Below, one piece after another: positions 1-12,822 of a DNA stretch of 64,000 bases. Origin of the DNA: Epiperipatus broadwayi (lineage: Eukaryota > Animalia > Onychophora). Position 1 is the first letter of the stretch; the number at the start of each line of letters is the position of its first letter. The position numbers and the translations under genes were made by a program. The stretch is taken from contig JAQFVV010000010.1 in the NCBI GenBank assembly GCA_028023455.1, positions 868,001 to 932,000 on the forward strand. Reading direction: 5' to 3'. The notes beneath the pieces were generated by a model. That model was not told where the DNA came from. It worked only from the letters and a program-made list of their open reading frames with translations, and did no database searches.

Positions 1-3000
1 CTACTCTTCGGAACTAGTTTCGAACCTATCTTAAATGTAAAAATGTAATATATAAGTCGAGCGGTAAAACTTTGCTATCATGGCCGCTTGAATGGCATCA
101 TCTGTTTACATATGAAAATACATTATAATTAGACAGGTTTGATAAAATTATAGCGTAGAAAGGCTCATAATTTATTATAAAATGTTTTATTAATTTTCAG
201 TCAATTCTTAATTATATTTGCTATTATATTTGTATGTGGATGGATAATTTAAACCTTGGAATGATGGTATAATGATTCGTATATATATTTAAGTTTAAAT
301 AAAAAGAAATAATGTAAAACATTTTCTTTAAAAATATATTTAACGGTTTTCTGATTTAATGTTTTATATATATATATAACAGAAATTAAAGTATTTTTTT
401 TTAATCTGTCCAATTTGTTATTTTGTAAAAACAAATATGTTAAAAGTTATTTATTTCAGTAAAATAAAAATTCGTTTATAATTAAAAATGAGAATTTTGT
501 GTAAACAAAAAATCAATTAGTGACCGCACCCGGGGTAAAAGCAAAATATGTTTACTGATTGATTTTGTTTCAACAAAAGACTTTATGATTAAATCAGAAT
601 AGCATTACTTCTGCTAAGCTTTAACATTCTATAACACCTAAAAAGGAATTTAATTAGTGAAATCTGAATCGAATTATATGATGTATATATTTTAATAATT
701 TTAAGTAAATTAAAGATAACACCTCGGAGACGTTATCTGTTGTAGAAATTAGATTGTATGATTTTGTTTTAATTAAAAGTCAATTGGTCCCGAGGCAAAT
801 GAAATTCCAAAAAGGTGTTAAGGCTTGGCAAAAAATATATAAACAGGCCTTATTTTAAGTGAAAAGATATACTCCATCTTGCTTTTGAAGAGCTGTTAAT
901 ATCAGAAGTTATATATTGTTTAATGTTACCATGTCTGGCTAAAGTCAGGCTAGAATTTTGCTGCTTTCCCGTGATTGAACGTCGGAAGTCGATCCACCCA
1001 ATGTCTGAAGCAACAACCAACATTTCCCTAACAGCTTATAATAGGTGGAAGATGCCGTAAGCTGCTAAAAAGAACTTGCCTTCATTCCAATTTCAGTCCA
1101 GCTACAGAAACACCATTTTAAATTGTCTCGTAACTGAATAGAAGATGCCATAATCAATCAAAGAACTCACCTTCATTCCAGCTCGAGTATCTCCAGTCCA
1201 GCTATAGAACTGTTTTAATACTATTCAAAATCGCAGAGCTCTGTGTAAAATCCAACATAATCATTATTTCTTCAAAATACAGGTTAGCTAACCATATAAC
1301 CATCTTATTGTAACTTCTTTCTAAATTGTTTTCTAAATAATATTTGAAGTATATAAAATGTAATACTTTTGCTAATTTCTTTTTATTAATTCAATATTTT
1401 GCTATATAATTTAATCACTGCAGTATATTTACTTTTCTTTTGATTATTTTAAATAATTATTGATTATGCCTGCGTTTCGAAACAGTGTGCATTTAATGAC
1501 AAAATATGTTTCTTTTTAAGACAATTTAAAATCTTCGAAATATTAGTTATTATAATATCAATTTGCACGCTGTCTCGAACCCTATTTCTAAATAATAGCG
1601 ACCCTTTGTGCTCGTTGTTATTTAGTCATTTATTAATTAATTAATTTAAATATAAAACGTGGCTATAAATCCAAATTCACAACCTTTAATTTATATTACT
1701 AAAAGTTAAACTAGCCTGGAGTGTAATTATAAGTATATTCTTCGTATTAAAGTATTCATAAGTCCTTTAAATATACTTTTCCCCCTTTTTAAAAGTTTAG
1801 TAATTATAGATAACTGAAAAGATTGACCGGGATAAAGTAAAGTTTGTACATATATATTCCTGTCAGTAGCATATCGTATTTCTCATGCTACCAAAGAGTG
1901 AGCTCTTTTGATCAAGCTGATAAACTTGTGTTCACCTAATATATGATATTTAATTCATAATATACTTCGGCTTGGCGGATGTGGAATTTATTAATGTTTT
2001 ATCGTTATGCTGTTTTTTTTATATATATACATAAGATGGAGCCATGGTAAGTCCAGCCCATCTTCCTCTTTTATGGGTAGTGCAGCAGCTAATACTGAGC
2101 TAAGGGCCAAATTAGCATGTAAGTCCCCCGCTTTTTATGAACCAAATAAAGGTTTCCTTTTTGCAGCATGATGACCGGTTATTGGGTAAACTGTTGTTTG
2201 TCACGAAAAGCCTAAAACTATTTTTCCATCCACAGAGCGACTTCATTATTATATTTTACTTGTGCCAAGCATATTAGTAAAATCTCTATAGCCAACTCTA
2301 CCTCCCTGATATGCAATCTTTGGCGTTGATCCGAAGCATTCTTGAAAACCCGTTCGATCTTAAGCTATCTGGGATGCTTTATATGCCCATATTTAATATA
2401 AAAACTTATTATAATTAGATGTATTATTAAGCTTCACTCCAGACTTGGTTTGATTTCATGTATAATAGCCACTCGAACTGATTATAAAAGGACATAACTA
2501 CTAAGTGAATGTAGTGATTAGTTGTATAGCATGATATTTGGCTCCATTTAAATAATAGCAACAAACCTATTTGCCAACGTATCAATTATTGTTCAAATGG
2601 CCTAGAGAAATGTTACTTTATAAATAAAATGCCTGCATGCATTTGCCAACAATAATGTTATATCAAAATACATCTCAAATTGTCAATAAATATATTTATA
2701 ATTCATCATACATCCATTTCTGTCTCATTATTAGATCGATCCAATTCAGTAATTGCCCATAGCTTTTCATTAGTAAAGCCCCTATTAAATTAATATATTA
2801 GATATTATCTTTGGAATGTCTCTAGTATTAAGTTGTTTATATATATATGTTTAAGTCCATGAGTCTTATTGTTTTCTCCGATTTGCTAGCGGGCCGGATT
2901 AAGAATTAAATCTCATGTGCTATCATTGTTATGTTATCCATTAGGTGTTAGATCTGGGGCTTGGAGAGTGGGTTCGAATCCAGGCTGGTCCCTGACCTAA

Positions 3001-3081
3001 ATCTCAGGCTTGACTGGGTTTGAAGTACATTATGTGAGTTCCAGCTCCTGTTAGATGGATAAGCATCTTTTAATTGGCACA
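1..3081 (+). repeat. Copy 1 of a ~3.1 kb direct duplication (may extend upstream of the window)
   Basis: Colinear with 5459-8505 at an offset of ~5458 (ctactc..gaactagtttcgaacctatc at 1 and 5459). Homology ends at ggcaca (3076-3081 and 8500-8505). Roughly 90-95% identical by eye. Confidence 0.97.
2950..3081 (+). mobile_element. Possible tRNA-derived SINE fragment (second copy at ~8375-8505)
   Basis: B-box/T-loop-like GGGTTCGAATCC followed by a GC-richer body that ends where the duplication ends. No clear A box. Confidence 0.3.
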
Positions 3082-3222
3082 TAGGCTTTTTTTCCAGCAT
3101 TTGGATGCCCATCATGAGGCTTCAATAGAAATACCTACATATCCTGAGTTATGGACTTTTGTGTGTATATAGCAAAAAAAAATTATTAAATTTATTTTGT
3201 GTCTTTCCTGTTCACTAGTGAC

Positions 3223-3232
3223 TGGCGCCCGA
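3223..3232 (+). other. Putative LTR-retroelement primer binding site, tRNA-Lys(UUU) type
   Basis: TGGCGCCCGA matches the first 10 nt of the canonical Lys(UUU) PBS TGGCGCCCGAACAGGGAC and lies upstream of a Gag-like ORF. Confidence 0.5.
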
Positions 3233-3954
3233 GGATGATTGATCAAGTTATAAGTCATCCTCTTATAAATTTGTCATTAGGGAGCAGAGAAAAGAAATTT
3301 AGATTAAAAGAAAAGGGGGGTCTCATTGTTTTATCAAAGTATTTTTATGAATTGGAGTGATTTAGAATGAGTAAGAAATATATATATATAAATAAGGTCA
3401 AATTAACCAAAAGTTAAAAGGTTTGAAATTGGTGCAGACGGGTAAATGGAATTAGGTCATAAATATCAGCTATTTAAGTATATCAAAAAAACAGAAACAG
3501 CTGGAAGAAGAGATCGGGGGTGAGTTAAGTTTTTATTAATTCATTTGAATATTAAAATATGTGTTATACTTCAGATATATAGACGGAAAAAAAAAGATTT
3601 TTTTTTTTTATTTTGTATACTTTATTAAAGCTAAAAAAAAAAAAGAAGGGATTTTTTTAAAATAAAAAAGTTTCATATACTTTATTAAATAAATAAAATA
3701 AAAAGTAGGGAGATGAAAATTTTTTTTTAATTCATTATATGTTGGACAGGCATCAAGACGAAGGTGTAGGCTTATAGATATACTAGTGAGTTAGGCATAG
3801 AGTTGGGATGGAAGTGAACAAGTCATTCTTGAAGGGGGAGTGCAGCAAACAGCCGTATTAAAAAGTGTAATAAAAGTTTTAAAAATCAAATATTTATTAG
3901 GTCCAATAATAATAATTTTGAAAGGATTATACAGGATAACAGAAAACTGTAGCT

Positions 3955-4965
3955 ATGCCAGAGAATTTAGTTACAGAAATATCGGAACAGATACCGATAA
4001 AGAAGATTAAGCAGGAAGGCCAGGATTTGAATTGGTTGCTGAGACAGCTTAGAGAGGATACAGAGGAAAGAGATCAGAAAATGTCACAAAGATTTAAAAA
4101 CCTTGGCAGAGAGATTAGACAAGAGATGGAAGACAGAGATAAAAGGCTGGAGGAAAAGTTGAGCCAAGGTTTACAGGGATTATCAATCAGCTGCCAGCAG
4201 CAGTCTGAAGAAATTAGGGGAGAATTTAAAGAAATGTTACATAAAAACCAGGAAGAAAATAGCAAGGAATTTGTTATGATTAAAGAAGAAGTTAAGGCTT
4301 TAGTTGAACAAGTAGAATGTCAAGAAAAGAGTTTGAAAGAAAGGGTCTTTAAAGTAGGGGAATTTAACAGTAAATTGCAAGAGTATGAAGAAGCCCAAAG
4401 GGAGATCAGAAAGGAAATATATGAAATAAAAGAAAACCTGCTACAAAGAAGTCAAGTAGCCACCCAAGAAGGAAACATGATCACCGCGTATATTCAAGAA
4501 ATGAGGAAAGATCTGGCAGAGATGAAAGAAGCAAAGAAAAGTTTAGAAAATAACTTAACTAGTAATTACCAAGCCAACAATTCTAATAGAATAGAGATTG
4601 TGCAGGTTATTAGTGAGACAGTACATAAAGTTGATGATCTTAAAGAGGGGGAAATCGATAAGGAAAGCACTATTATCAAAGGATACATGCAACAGGCCAT
4701 CCCAGACAGGAAGAGATCAGATTTAACACTAGAAGTAGGAAACTTGGATACAACTGGATCGATAGCATTATCAGGCAGTACACCCAAAGAAGTTGGAGAA
4801 AACCCAAAAGCCCACCTAGAAAGTCTACAAGAATTTTTTTGTGTTCAGAATGTCCAAATAGCTGACCAAATAGCCATTGGTATACATCATTTATATGGAT
4901 ATGCTAAGTCATGGTTGGATTGCTGCATGGAGTTATTTTTTAAGCAACCCCCAGATCCTATTTAA
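3955..4965 (+). CDS. Ty3/Gypsy Gag-like protein: long N-terminal coiled coil plus truncated capsid N-lobe
   Basis: 336 open codons. Residues ~20-200 are E/K/Q-rich and heptad-like. The C-terminal NPKAHLESLQEFFCVQNVQIADQIAIGIHHLYGYAKSWLD resembles the Gypsy capsid pattern P..FL..L..YF....V.....I......L.G.A..W. An upstream PBS-like motif is present. No pol follows. Confidence 0.65.
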   Translation: MPENLVTEISEQIPIKKIKQEGQDLNWLLRQLREDTEERDQKMSQRFKNLGREIRQEMEDRDKRLEEKLSQGLQGLSISCQQQSEEIRGEFKEMLHKNQEENSKEFVMIKEEVKALVEQVECQEKSLKERVFKVGEFNSKLQEYEEAQREIRKEIYEIKENLLQRSQVATQEGNMITAYIQEMRKDLAEMKEAKKSLENNLTSNYQANNSNRIEIVQVISETVHKVDDLKEGEIDKESTIIKGYMQQAIPDRKRSDLTLEVGNLDTTGSIALSGSTPKEVGENPKAHLESLQEFFCVQNVQIADQIAIGIHHLYGYAKSWLDCCMELFFKQPPDPI

Positions 4966-4989
4966 ATTGTTAGTTTTTTTTGTGAGTGA

Positions 4990-5185
4990 CTTGATCTTTT
5001 TATATACCCTTTATATATATATTATACACTCTATATTTTATCTATATACACTTTATATTTTATCCATATATTTTATCTATATACCTTTTATATATTACAC
5101 ACATTATATTTTATATATATATATAATAAAACATATCCATTATTTTGACCAAGATGTATACTCGTTTGGGTATATATCTGTTTAA
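4990..5185. repeat. Low-complexity (TA)n-derived tract
   Basis: Degenerate tatata/tatacc/ttttat repeats. The 102-aa ORF 4877-5185 is a by-product of this tract. Confidence 0.8.
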
Positions 5186-5458
5186 GTTTAAAATATTAAC
5201 TAATAACCGAAAATTTCATTATATGTATTGATAATTGTTAGAAGCATCAAAGGTATTATATAGTGTAATTTAGTATGATGTAGTATCATAAGTGTAGCAT
5301 AGGATTAAATCATGAGTTTATACTTTGAAAGAAGCCATAATTTAGCTCTGGGTTTATATAAGTAAAGTCATTTTTTTTTGTTTTTTTTTTTACCAAGTTT
5401 ACTTATATAAAACGGAAACTTCCCCAATCTCTTTCTGTTTCACCATTAACCTAATGAC

Positions 5459-8400
5459 CTACTCGTCTGAACTAGTTTCGAACCTATCTTAAATGTAAAA
5501 ATGTAATATATAAGTTGAGTGGTAAAACTTTGCTATCATGGCCGCTTGAATGGCATCATCTATTAACATACGAAAATACGCTATAATTAGATAGGTTTGA
5601 TAAAATTATAGCGTAGAAAGGCTCATAATTTATTATAAAATGTTTTATTAATTTTCAGTCAATTCTTAATTATATTCGCTATTATAATCGTATGTCGATG
5701 GATAATTTAAACCTTGGAATGATGGTATAATGATTCGTATATATATTTAAGTTTAAATAAAAAGAAATAATGTAAAACATTTTCTTTAAAAATATATTTA
5801 ACAGTTTTCTGATTTATTGTTTTATATATATATAACAGAAACTAAAGTATTTTTTTTAAATCTGTCCAATTTGTTATTTTGTAAATACAAATATGTTAAA
5901 AGTTATTTATTTCAGTAAAATAAAAATCCGTTTATAATTAAAAATGAGAATTTTGTGTAAACAAGAAATCAATTAGTAACCGCACCCGGGGTAAAAGCAA
6001 AATCTGTTTACTGATTGATTTTGTTTCAACAAAAGACTTTATGATTAAATCAGAATAGCATTACTTCTGCTAAGCTTTAACATTCTATAACACCTAAAAA
6101 GGAATTTAATTAGTGAAATCTGAATCGAATTATATGATGTATATATTTTAATAATTTTAAGTAAATTAAAGATAACACCTCGGAGACGTTATCTGTTGTA
6201 GAAATTAGATTGTATGATTTTGTTTTAATTAAAAGTCAATTGGTCCCGAGGCAAACGAAATTCCAAAAAGGTGTTAAGGCTTGGCAAAAAATATATAAAT
6301 AGGCCTTATTTTAAGCAGGAAGATATACTCCATTTTGCTTTTGAAGAGCTGTTAATATCAGAAGTTATAAATTGTTTAATTTTACCATGTCTGGCTAAAG
6401 TCAGGCTAGAATTTTGCTGCTTTCCCATGATGGAACGTCGGAAGTCGATCCACCCAATGTCCGAAGCAACAACCAATGTTGCCCTAACAGCTTATAATAG
6501 GTAGAAGATGTCGTATGCCGCTAAAAAGAACTTGCCTTCATTCCAATTTCAGTCCAGCTATAGAAACACCATTTTAAATCATCTCGTAACTGAATAGAAG
6601 ATACCATAATCAACCAAAGAACTCACCTTCATTCCAGCTCGAGTATCTCCAGTCCAGCTATAGAACTGTTTTAATACTATTTAAAATCGCAGAGCTCTGT
6701 GTGAAATCTAACATAATCACTATTTCTTCAAAATACAATTTAGCTAACCTTATAACCATCTTATTGTAACTTCTTTCTAAATTGTTTTCTAAATAATATT
6801 TGAAGTATATAAAATGTAATACTTTTGCTAATTTCTTTTTATTAATTCAATATTTTGCTATATAATTTAATCACTGCAGTATATTTACTTTTCTTTTGAT
6901 TATTTTAAATAATTATTGGTTATGCTTGCATTTCGAAACAGCATGCATTTAATTACAAAATATGTTTCTTTTTAAGACAATTTAAAATCTTCGAAATATT
7001 AGTTATTATAATGTCATTTTGCACGCTGTCTCGAACCCTATTTCTAAATAATAGCGACCCTTTGTGCTCGTTGTTATTTAGTCATTTATTAATTAATTAA
7101 TTTAAATATAAAACGTGGCTATAAATCCAAATTCACAACCTTTAATTTATATTACTAAAAGTTAAACTAGCCTGGAGTGTAATTATAAGTATATTCTTCG
7201 TATTAAAGTATTCATAAGTCCTTTAAATATACTTTTCCCCCTTTTTAAAAGTTTAGTAATTATAGATAACTGAAAAGATTGACCGGGATAAAGTAAAGTT
7301 TGTACATATATATTCCCATCAGTAGCATATCGTATTTCTCATGCTACTGAAGAGTGGGCTCTTTTGATCAAGCAGATAAACTTGTGTTCATCTAATATGG
7401 CTTGGAGGATGTGGAATTTATTAATATTTTATCGTTATGCTGTTTTTTTATATATACATAAGATGGAGCCACGGTAAGTCCAGCCCATCTTCTTCTTTTA
7501 CGGGTAGTGCAGCATCTAATACTGAGCTAAGGGCCAGATTAGCACATAAGTTCCCGCTTCTTATGAACCAAATAAAGGTTCCCTTTTTGCAGCATGACGA
7601 CCGGTTATTGGGTAAACCGCTGTTTGTCATGAAAACCCTAAAACTATTCTTCCATCTGCAGAGCAACTTCATTATTATATTTTACTTGTGCCGAGCATAT
7701 TAGTAAAATCTCTATAGCCAACTCTACCTCCCTAATATGCAGTCTTTGGCGTTGATCTGAAGCATTCTTGAAAACCCGTTCTATCTTAAGCTATCTGGGA
7801 TGCTTTATATGCCCATATATAATATAAAAAATTATTATAATTAGATGTATTATTAAGCTTCACTCCAGACTTGGTTTGATTTCATGTATAATAGCCACTC
7901 GAACTGATTATAAAAGGACATGACTAATAGGTGAATGTAGTGATTAGTTGTATAGCATGATATTTGGCTCCATTTAAATAATAGCAACAAACCTATTTGC
8001 CACTGTATCAATTATTGTTCAAATGGCCTAGAGAAATGTTATTTTATAAATAAAATGCCTGCGTGCATTTGCCAACAATAATGTTATATCAAAATACATC
8101 TCAAATTGTCAATAAATATATTTATAATTCATCATATATCCATTTCTGTCTCATTATTAGATCAATCCAATTCACTAATTGCCCATAGCTTTTCATTAGT
8201 AAAGCCCCTATTAAATTAATATATTAGATATTATCTTTGGAATGTCTCTAGTATTAAGTTGTTTATATATATGTTTAAGTCCATAAGTCTTATTGTTTTC
8301 TCCGATTTGCTAGTGGGCCGGATTAAGAATTAAATCTCGTGTGCTATCATTGTTATGTTATCCATTAGGTGTTAGATCTGGGGTTTGGAGAGTGGGTTCG

Positions 8401-8505
8401 AATCCAAGCTGGTCCCTGACCTAAATCTCGGGCTTGACTGGGTTTGAAGTACATTATGTGAGTTCCAGCTCATGTTCGATGGATAAGCATGTTTTAACCG
8501 GCACA
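5459..8505 (+). repeat. Copy 2 of the ~3.1 kb direct duplication
   Basis: Same alignment as copy 1, with small indels (for example around 1960-1975 vs 7395-7400). Confidence 0.97.
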
Positions 8506-10829
8506 GTATTGAATTTAATGATAATCAGCATTACATTGCCACTTATTAAATAGACATAGAGTTACATTTATATTTTAAATAAATTACAAATTACATGAAT
8601 GGAGGTTTTAAGAATTCATATTAATGGCAGAGATGGGACTACCTTCTGTGACTTGACGGCCATACAGATTGATATGCATATGGAAAAATAAACATGGGAA
8701 AACATGGGCGGCAATGCAGAGTTTGGAAAAATAATGGTTGCATCTTTGTAGAACTAGATTAGCATTTCGTTACAGCAGTCTTTAAGTGGTGATGGCACAA
8801 TAGCATAGCAGTATGGAGATGATCTGGGAAAGCAAATTTCCCTCTACTCAGAAGTCATAGTTAAAATTTTGAGTGATGTAGATTTGTTCTGCAACACTTC
8901 TGAAATAAAAGCAAAGAGTGCCTAGCATAAAATTTTGACTGTATTTATACGCCACCAAAACCTTCTAGAAACTTCTATTACCTTGCAGCGGACGAAGCTT
9001 GGATGTGCATTAACTGGCCTGACTGCTCTTACCCTTTCCTCAAGATTTACATTTTAAAGATGACAATGCAATAAGTCCAGAGAGTATTGTTTTAATCTAT
9101 TTCAAGTTTGGAAATAGATTCAAGAGATATATTTTCCATTAATGTTAGGATTTCTAAAATAAATCTACTTTTGTTTATAAGTTATGTTAATTACTCTCTT
9201 GAACTTTCTCTGGTATTGTGTCAGCTTAATAAAATGCATGATTTGTAAATGATAAAATATAAAATATTTAATAAAATGAGATATGATGTACAATATTTTT
9301 AGCTATCTGTGATACATACACACACATACTCAACTATTTACGCTGGTGGAATTTAAATATTTCTCAATTAAAACTATTCTTATTCAAAATAATGTTTAAC
9401 TTAAAAAGAGGGGGTACTCATGTGTATTTGTGCTCCCTAGTGATTAACAAATATATAAATGGGTTTGAACCTTTGAACCTCTGGTTCAAAGTTTCTAAGA
9501 TCACCAGACAGTGAAGCAAAATATGTATAACAGATTTTACTGCTTCAATATATATATATCACTATGCCAATGATATAAGAATGTATGTAAATTTTGTTCA
9601 TTAATTTGTATTTTATACTCAAATATTTCTTTAAGTATAACTTGTTTTTATATTTCAATTTTATTAGTTTTATTGGTCTTAGCCTTTCATATATGTATCA
9701 TAGATTATAAATATTTCAGTTTTAACCCTTTAATGTCTTTAATTTCTTTGACAGTTGAGAATTAAGTAATAAAATGCAATACTTTTTGAGAATTATTTAT
9801 TTTTGTCCTGTTAGATTCTTTTCCTCCTTCAATTTTGTCATTGTTTTAAACAAACTAGATTTTCTAAGCAAAATTAAAAAGTGTTCTTGTAAGTTAGATT
9901 TAAAAAAGAAACTGTAGATTAATATCTTTTAAAATACATGTTTTAATTAATAATATCCCAGAACTTAACATATTCCTTTCTTACTTTGTGGATATCTATA
10001 TAACAAATTTTATATACGTGTTAAGCTGTCAAAATAATGAGTTTTTCTTGTGTTTATGTCATACATACATGAAAGAAGCAGATATTATTGGCTTGTGTGT
10101 GTGTGCATGTATGTAAATGATTCCTTTTTAGATACCATGGAGAGGTTTATTTATCTATTTAGCCTTTATTTCTGTACATGCCAATAGATACAGGAAGATC
10201 ATGATTAAACATTGGATTCAACTAAGTTTCTGCCCATGCTCATTTATGTACTTTTATCTGTTTTAACATGTTTATTTATCACTTGAAATTTGCAGTCCTT
10301 ATTGCTTTTACATTGGCTTAAGTGTAGTAAAGCTTCCCATGCCTTTAGATATATTTTTCACTTTTATTTAACACAGGTTACTTAGGACCTATTTATTATT
10401 GTTCATTACATGTTCTCTCTCATTGCCTGGTCTTGTGTAAGCTTGTCTAATAATAAAATCTGCCAATGTTCAATAGTAATTAATGTTTTTGCAAAGATGC
10501 ACACATCTGCAATTGTCAAACATCTGGAGAGTTCTATTATATTCACACTCAATGATTCAAAAATTAATTCAAAGAGGAAAATGAAAACAATCAAATGTCA
10601 GATACATTAACTATCTTGAGCTAAATATAATTCAAACTACCATTAATATAAACTATTTATTTATTTTTGTTTTACTGTTGTTAATTGTTAGATTTGTCTG
10701 GTGTTTGTTTGCTATTGTCTGTCCTACCAATTGTTTATTTTACCAAGAATCTAGCAGCAATAATTAATTTATAAATAAGTGAATAACTGTGTTGTACTTT
10801 TAATAAATATCCCTGAACCAAAAATAAAT

Positions 10830-12108
10830 ATTAATGTGATGTGATGTATTTTGGCTTCTCCTTAAACAAAATCAATAATATCTCAGCAATTATGCCTAGA
10901 TAAACCTATTAGCCCTTTATTTTCCATTCCCCACTCTATGTCTTCCCATATTCTGCCCCATCCCATTTCCACAACATAATCTTTGTCAACTCTATGGCCT
11001 TTATATCTAAATCCTCCTTATCTTTTCACAACCCCAGCATAAAAACCAATAACTCACTTTCTGTATAATCACTTTCTTCATATCTATTCTCCCATAACTT
11101 CATTATCTGTACTCTTTCTGTTTTTAAGCATTTACATTCAATCAACAGATGCCTAATATTTTATATACCTTCCTTACACAATTTGCACACTAAATCACCC
11201 ATAGTTTTCCATTTACATGTATATTCTCTTGTTGCTAAAGATCCCGTTCGAGCCTTAAACAATAAACTACTTTCCTTACTATTATCATAAATTAACTCGC
11301 ATCCAATGTTCCATTTACTTCTATATATATTTAAACTCTTCTTACCCTCCATACTAGTTCTCCATCTCTCCAACTCCCTATTTTTTATTAATGCTTCTAT
11401 TCTTTTATCCCATTCCTTACCACTATAACACTCAACAATCCTCCTAACACAATCATCCCACATTTTATACAAGTATACTGATATAAATTCTTTATCCAAA
11501 TCTTTTGCATACCGCATTACCTTTCTTACCCATCTTGTTACTGCGCTTTACTCATAACCCAATTAAACACTATTTTGGCTATTCTTTTACTATCCATAAA
11601 CTGCAACCTACCAAACATTTTCATTTTAGTTTTTGCATCTCTCATATAAAAACTTAACCATCCCATTTCTCCTTGAATTGCCTCCTTTGCTGTCCACATC
11701 TCTGCATCTAATGCATGTCTTCCTACTTCCCTTTGTACTTTCTGTAAATAATCTAAACCCCTTTTACTAACACAATGCATCATTACCAAATGTTAACCCT
11801 GCTACTGCAACTCCATTCCATGCAATTCTAGCTACATCATATTTATTATATGAAAATACTGTTAATTTCTTTACCAAGCCCTTTCTTTTCTTTGCTTCAT
11901 TTAACAATTTTTTTCTCCCATTCATCCAAGCAATTTTCCTGATTACATAAGATGATTCCCAAATACCTATATCTATCCACCACACTTAACTTTATATCCC
12001 CCAATGAAAATTCGACATCTTCTCTTTCCCCAGTATTAACCGTCATTACATTTTATTTTTCTTCACTAAATTAAAATCCCCATCTCTTTACCCACGCTTG
12101 CACATTCT
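10830..12108 (-). mobile_element. 5'-truncated non-LTR retrotransposon (RT C-terminus plus CCHC finger), clade not assigned
   Basis: Minus-strand frames give WVKRWGF..FS..K and DRYRYLGI (end of RT), EAIQGEMGW..F..R.AK, W...M..K.SL..YR and YDNS..S.LLFKARTGSL, then CKLCKEGI*NIRHLLIEC (C-x2-C-x8-H-x4-C). Several stops and frameshifts. Ends in an acatc microsatellite-like tail. Confidence 0.88.
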
Positions 12109-12822
12109 AGGCTAGAGGCCTACTGGCGCCCTCTCTTGAAGGGTATTAGAGGCAGGCTGTCCAATATAATACATACATATATAATCATTCAATTAGTACC
12201 TATCTATATATTCATATATATATAACAGATTATATACAATTCCTACATTTATGAATTATATTAATTTTTTAATGAATACATATCATATATTTTTAAATAA
12301 TTTTATAAATATTAAAGTTTTATTTTATTCTTATTGATTTCCTTTTTCATAAACTGTTATATCTTTTTAATGTTATCAAAATTGGAAAAGAATAAATATC
12401 TTTATTCTGTTCTTCCATAAAATAATAATCAGAAAATAATAAATTCTTTACAACAGCTATATAAATATCAAATCAGGTGCTGAAAAAGGCTTTTTTATGT
12501 ATATTAAAATTTTTTTATATATATAGTTGTTGTAAAGAATTTACTATTTTCTTATTATTATTTTAAAATGTATATTATTTTACATTTATATAACTTTTAA
12601 ACCTTTTGATAATTTAATTTATTTTTATCATTTTAATCATTAATCTTTTTAAGTTTTTTTTATTTGTAAATATTGCTTAATTAAAACGTTGTTTTTTTTT
12701 TGTTTTTTTTTTTGGAAAATGCTTTGAATGAATATTTTATATAGTATCTTTTACTAATTATAATTTTTATTTTTAATTGCAGGATTGTATTAAGCAAGTG
12801 GAAATGTCGTTCTTCAGAAAAT

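Noticed and set aside
8-30. GAAACTAGTT on the minus strand (also at ~5468-5480) resembling a hammerhead 3' half
   Set aside because: There is no CTGANGA core or stem II upstream and no stem I partner.
7437-7703. GC-richer block in the duplication with open frames on both strands (and 6271-6504)
   Set aside because: The other copy is frameshifted, no family was recognised, and strand and frame cannot be decided.
8600-9060. GC-richer region with splice-like signals on the minus strand
   Set aside because: All frames after the acceptor at 8900 hit stops and no homology was recognised.
12109-12185. GC-rich 75-nt piece with acat tail abutting the truncated LINE, containing TGGCGCCC
   Set aside because: It could be the 3' end of another retroelement or an inverted 5' piece, but it is too short to assign. 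There is no LTR context for a PBS.
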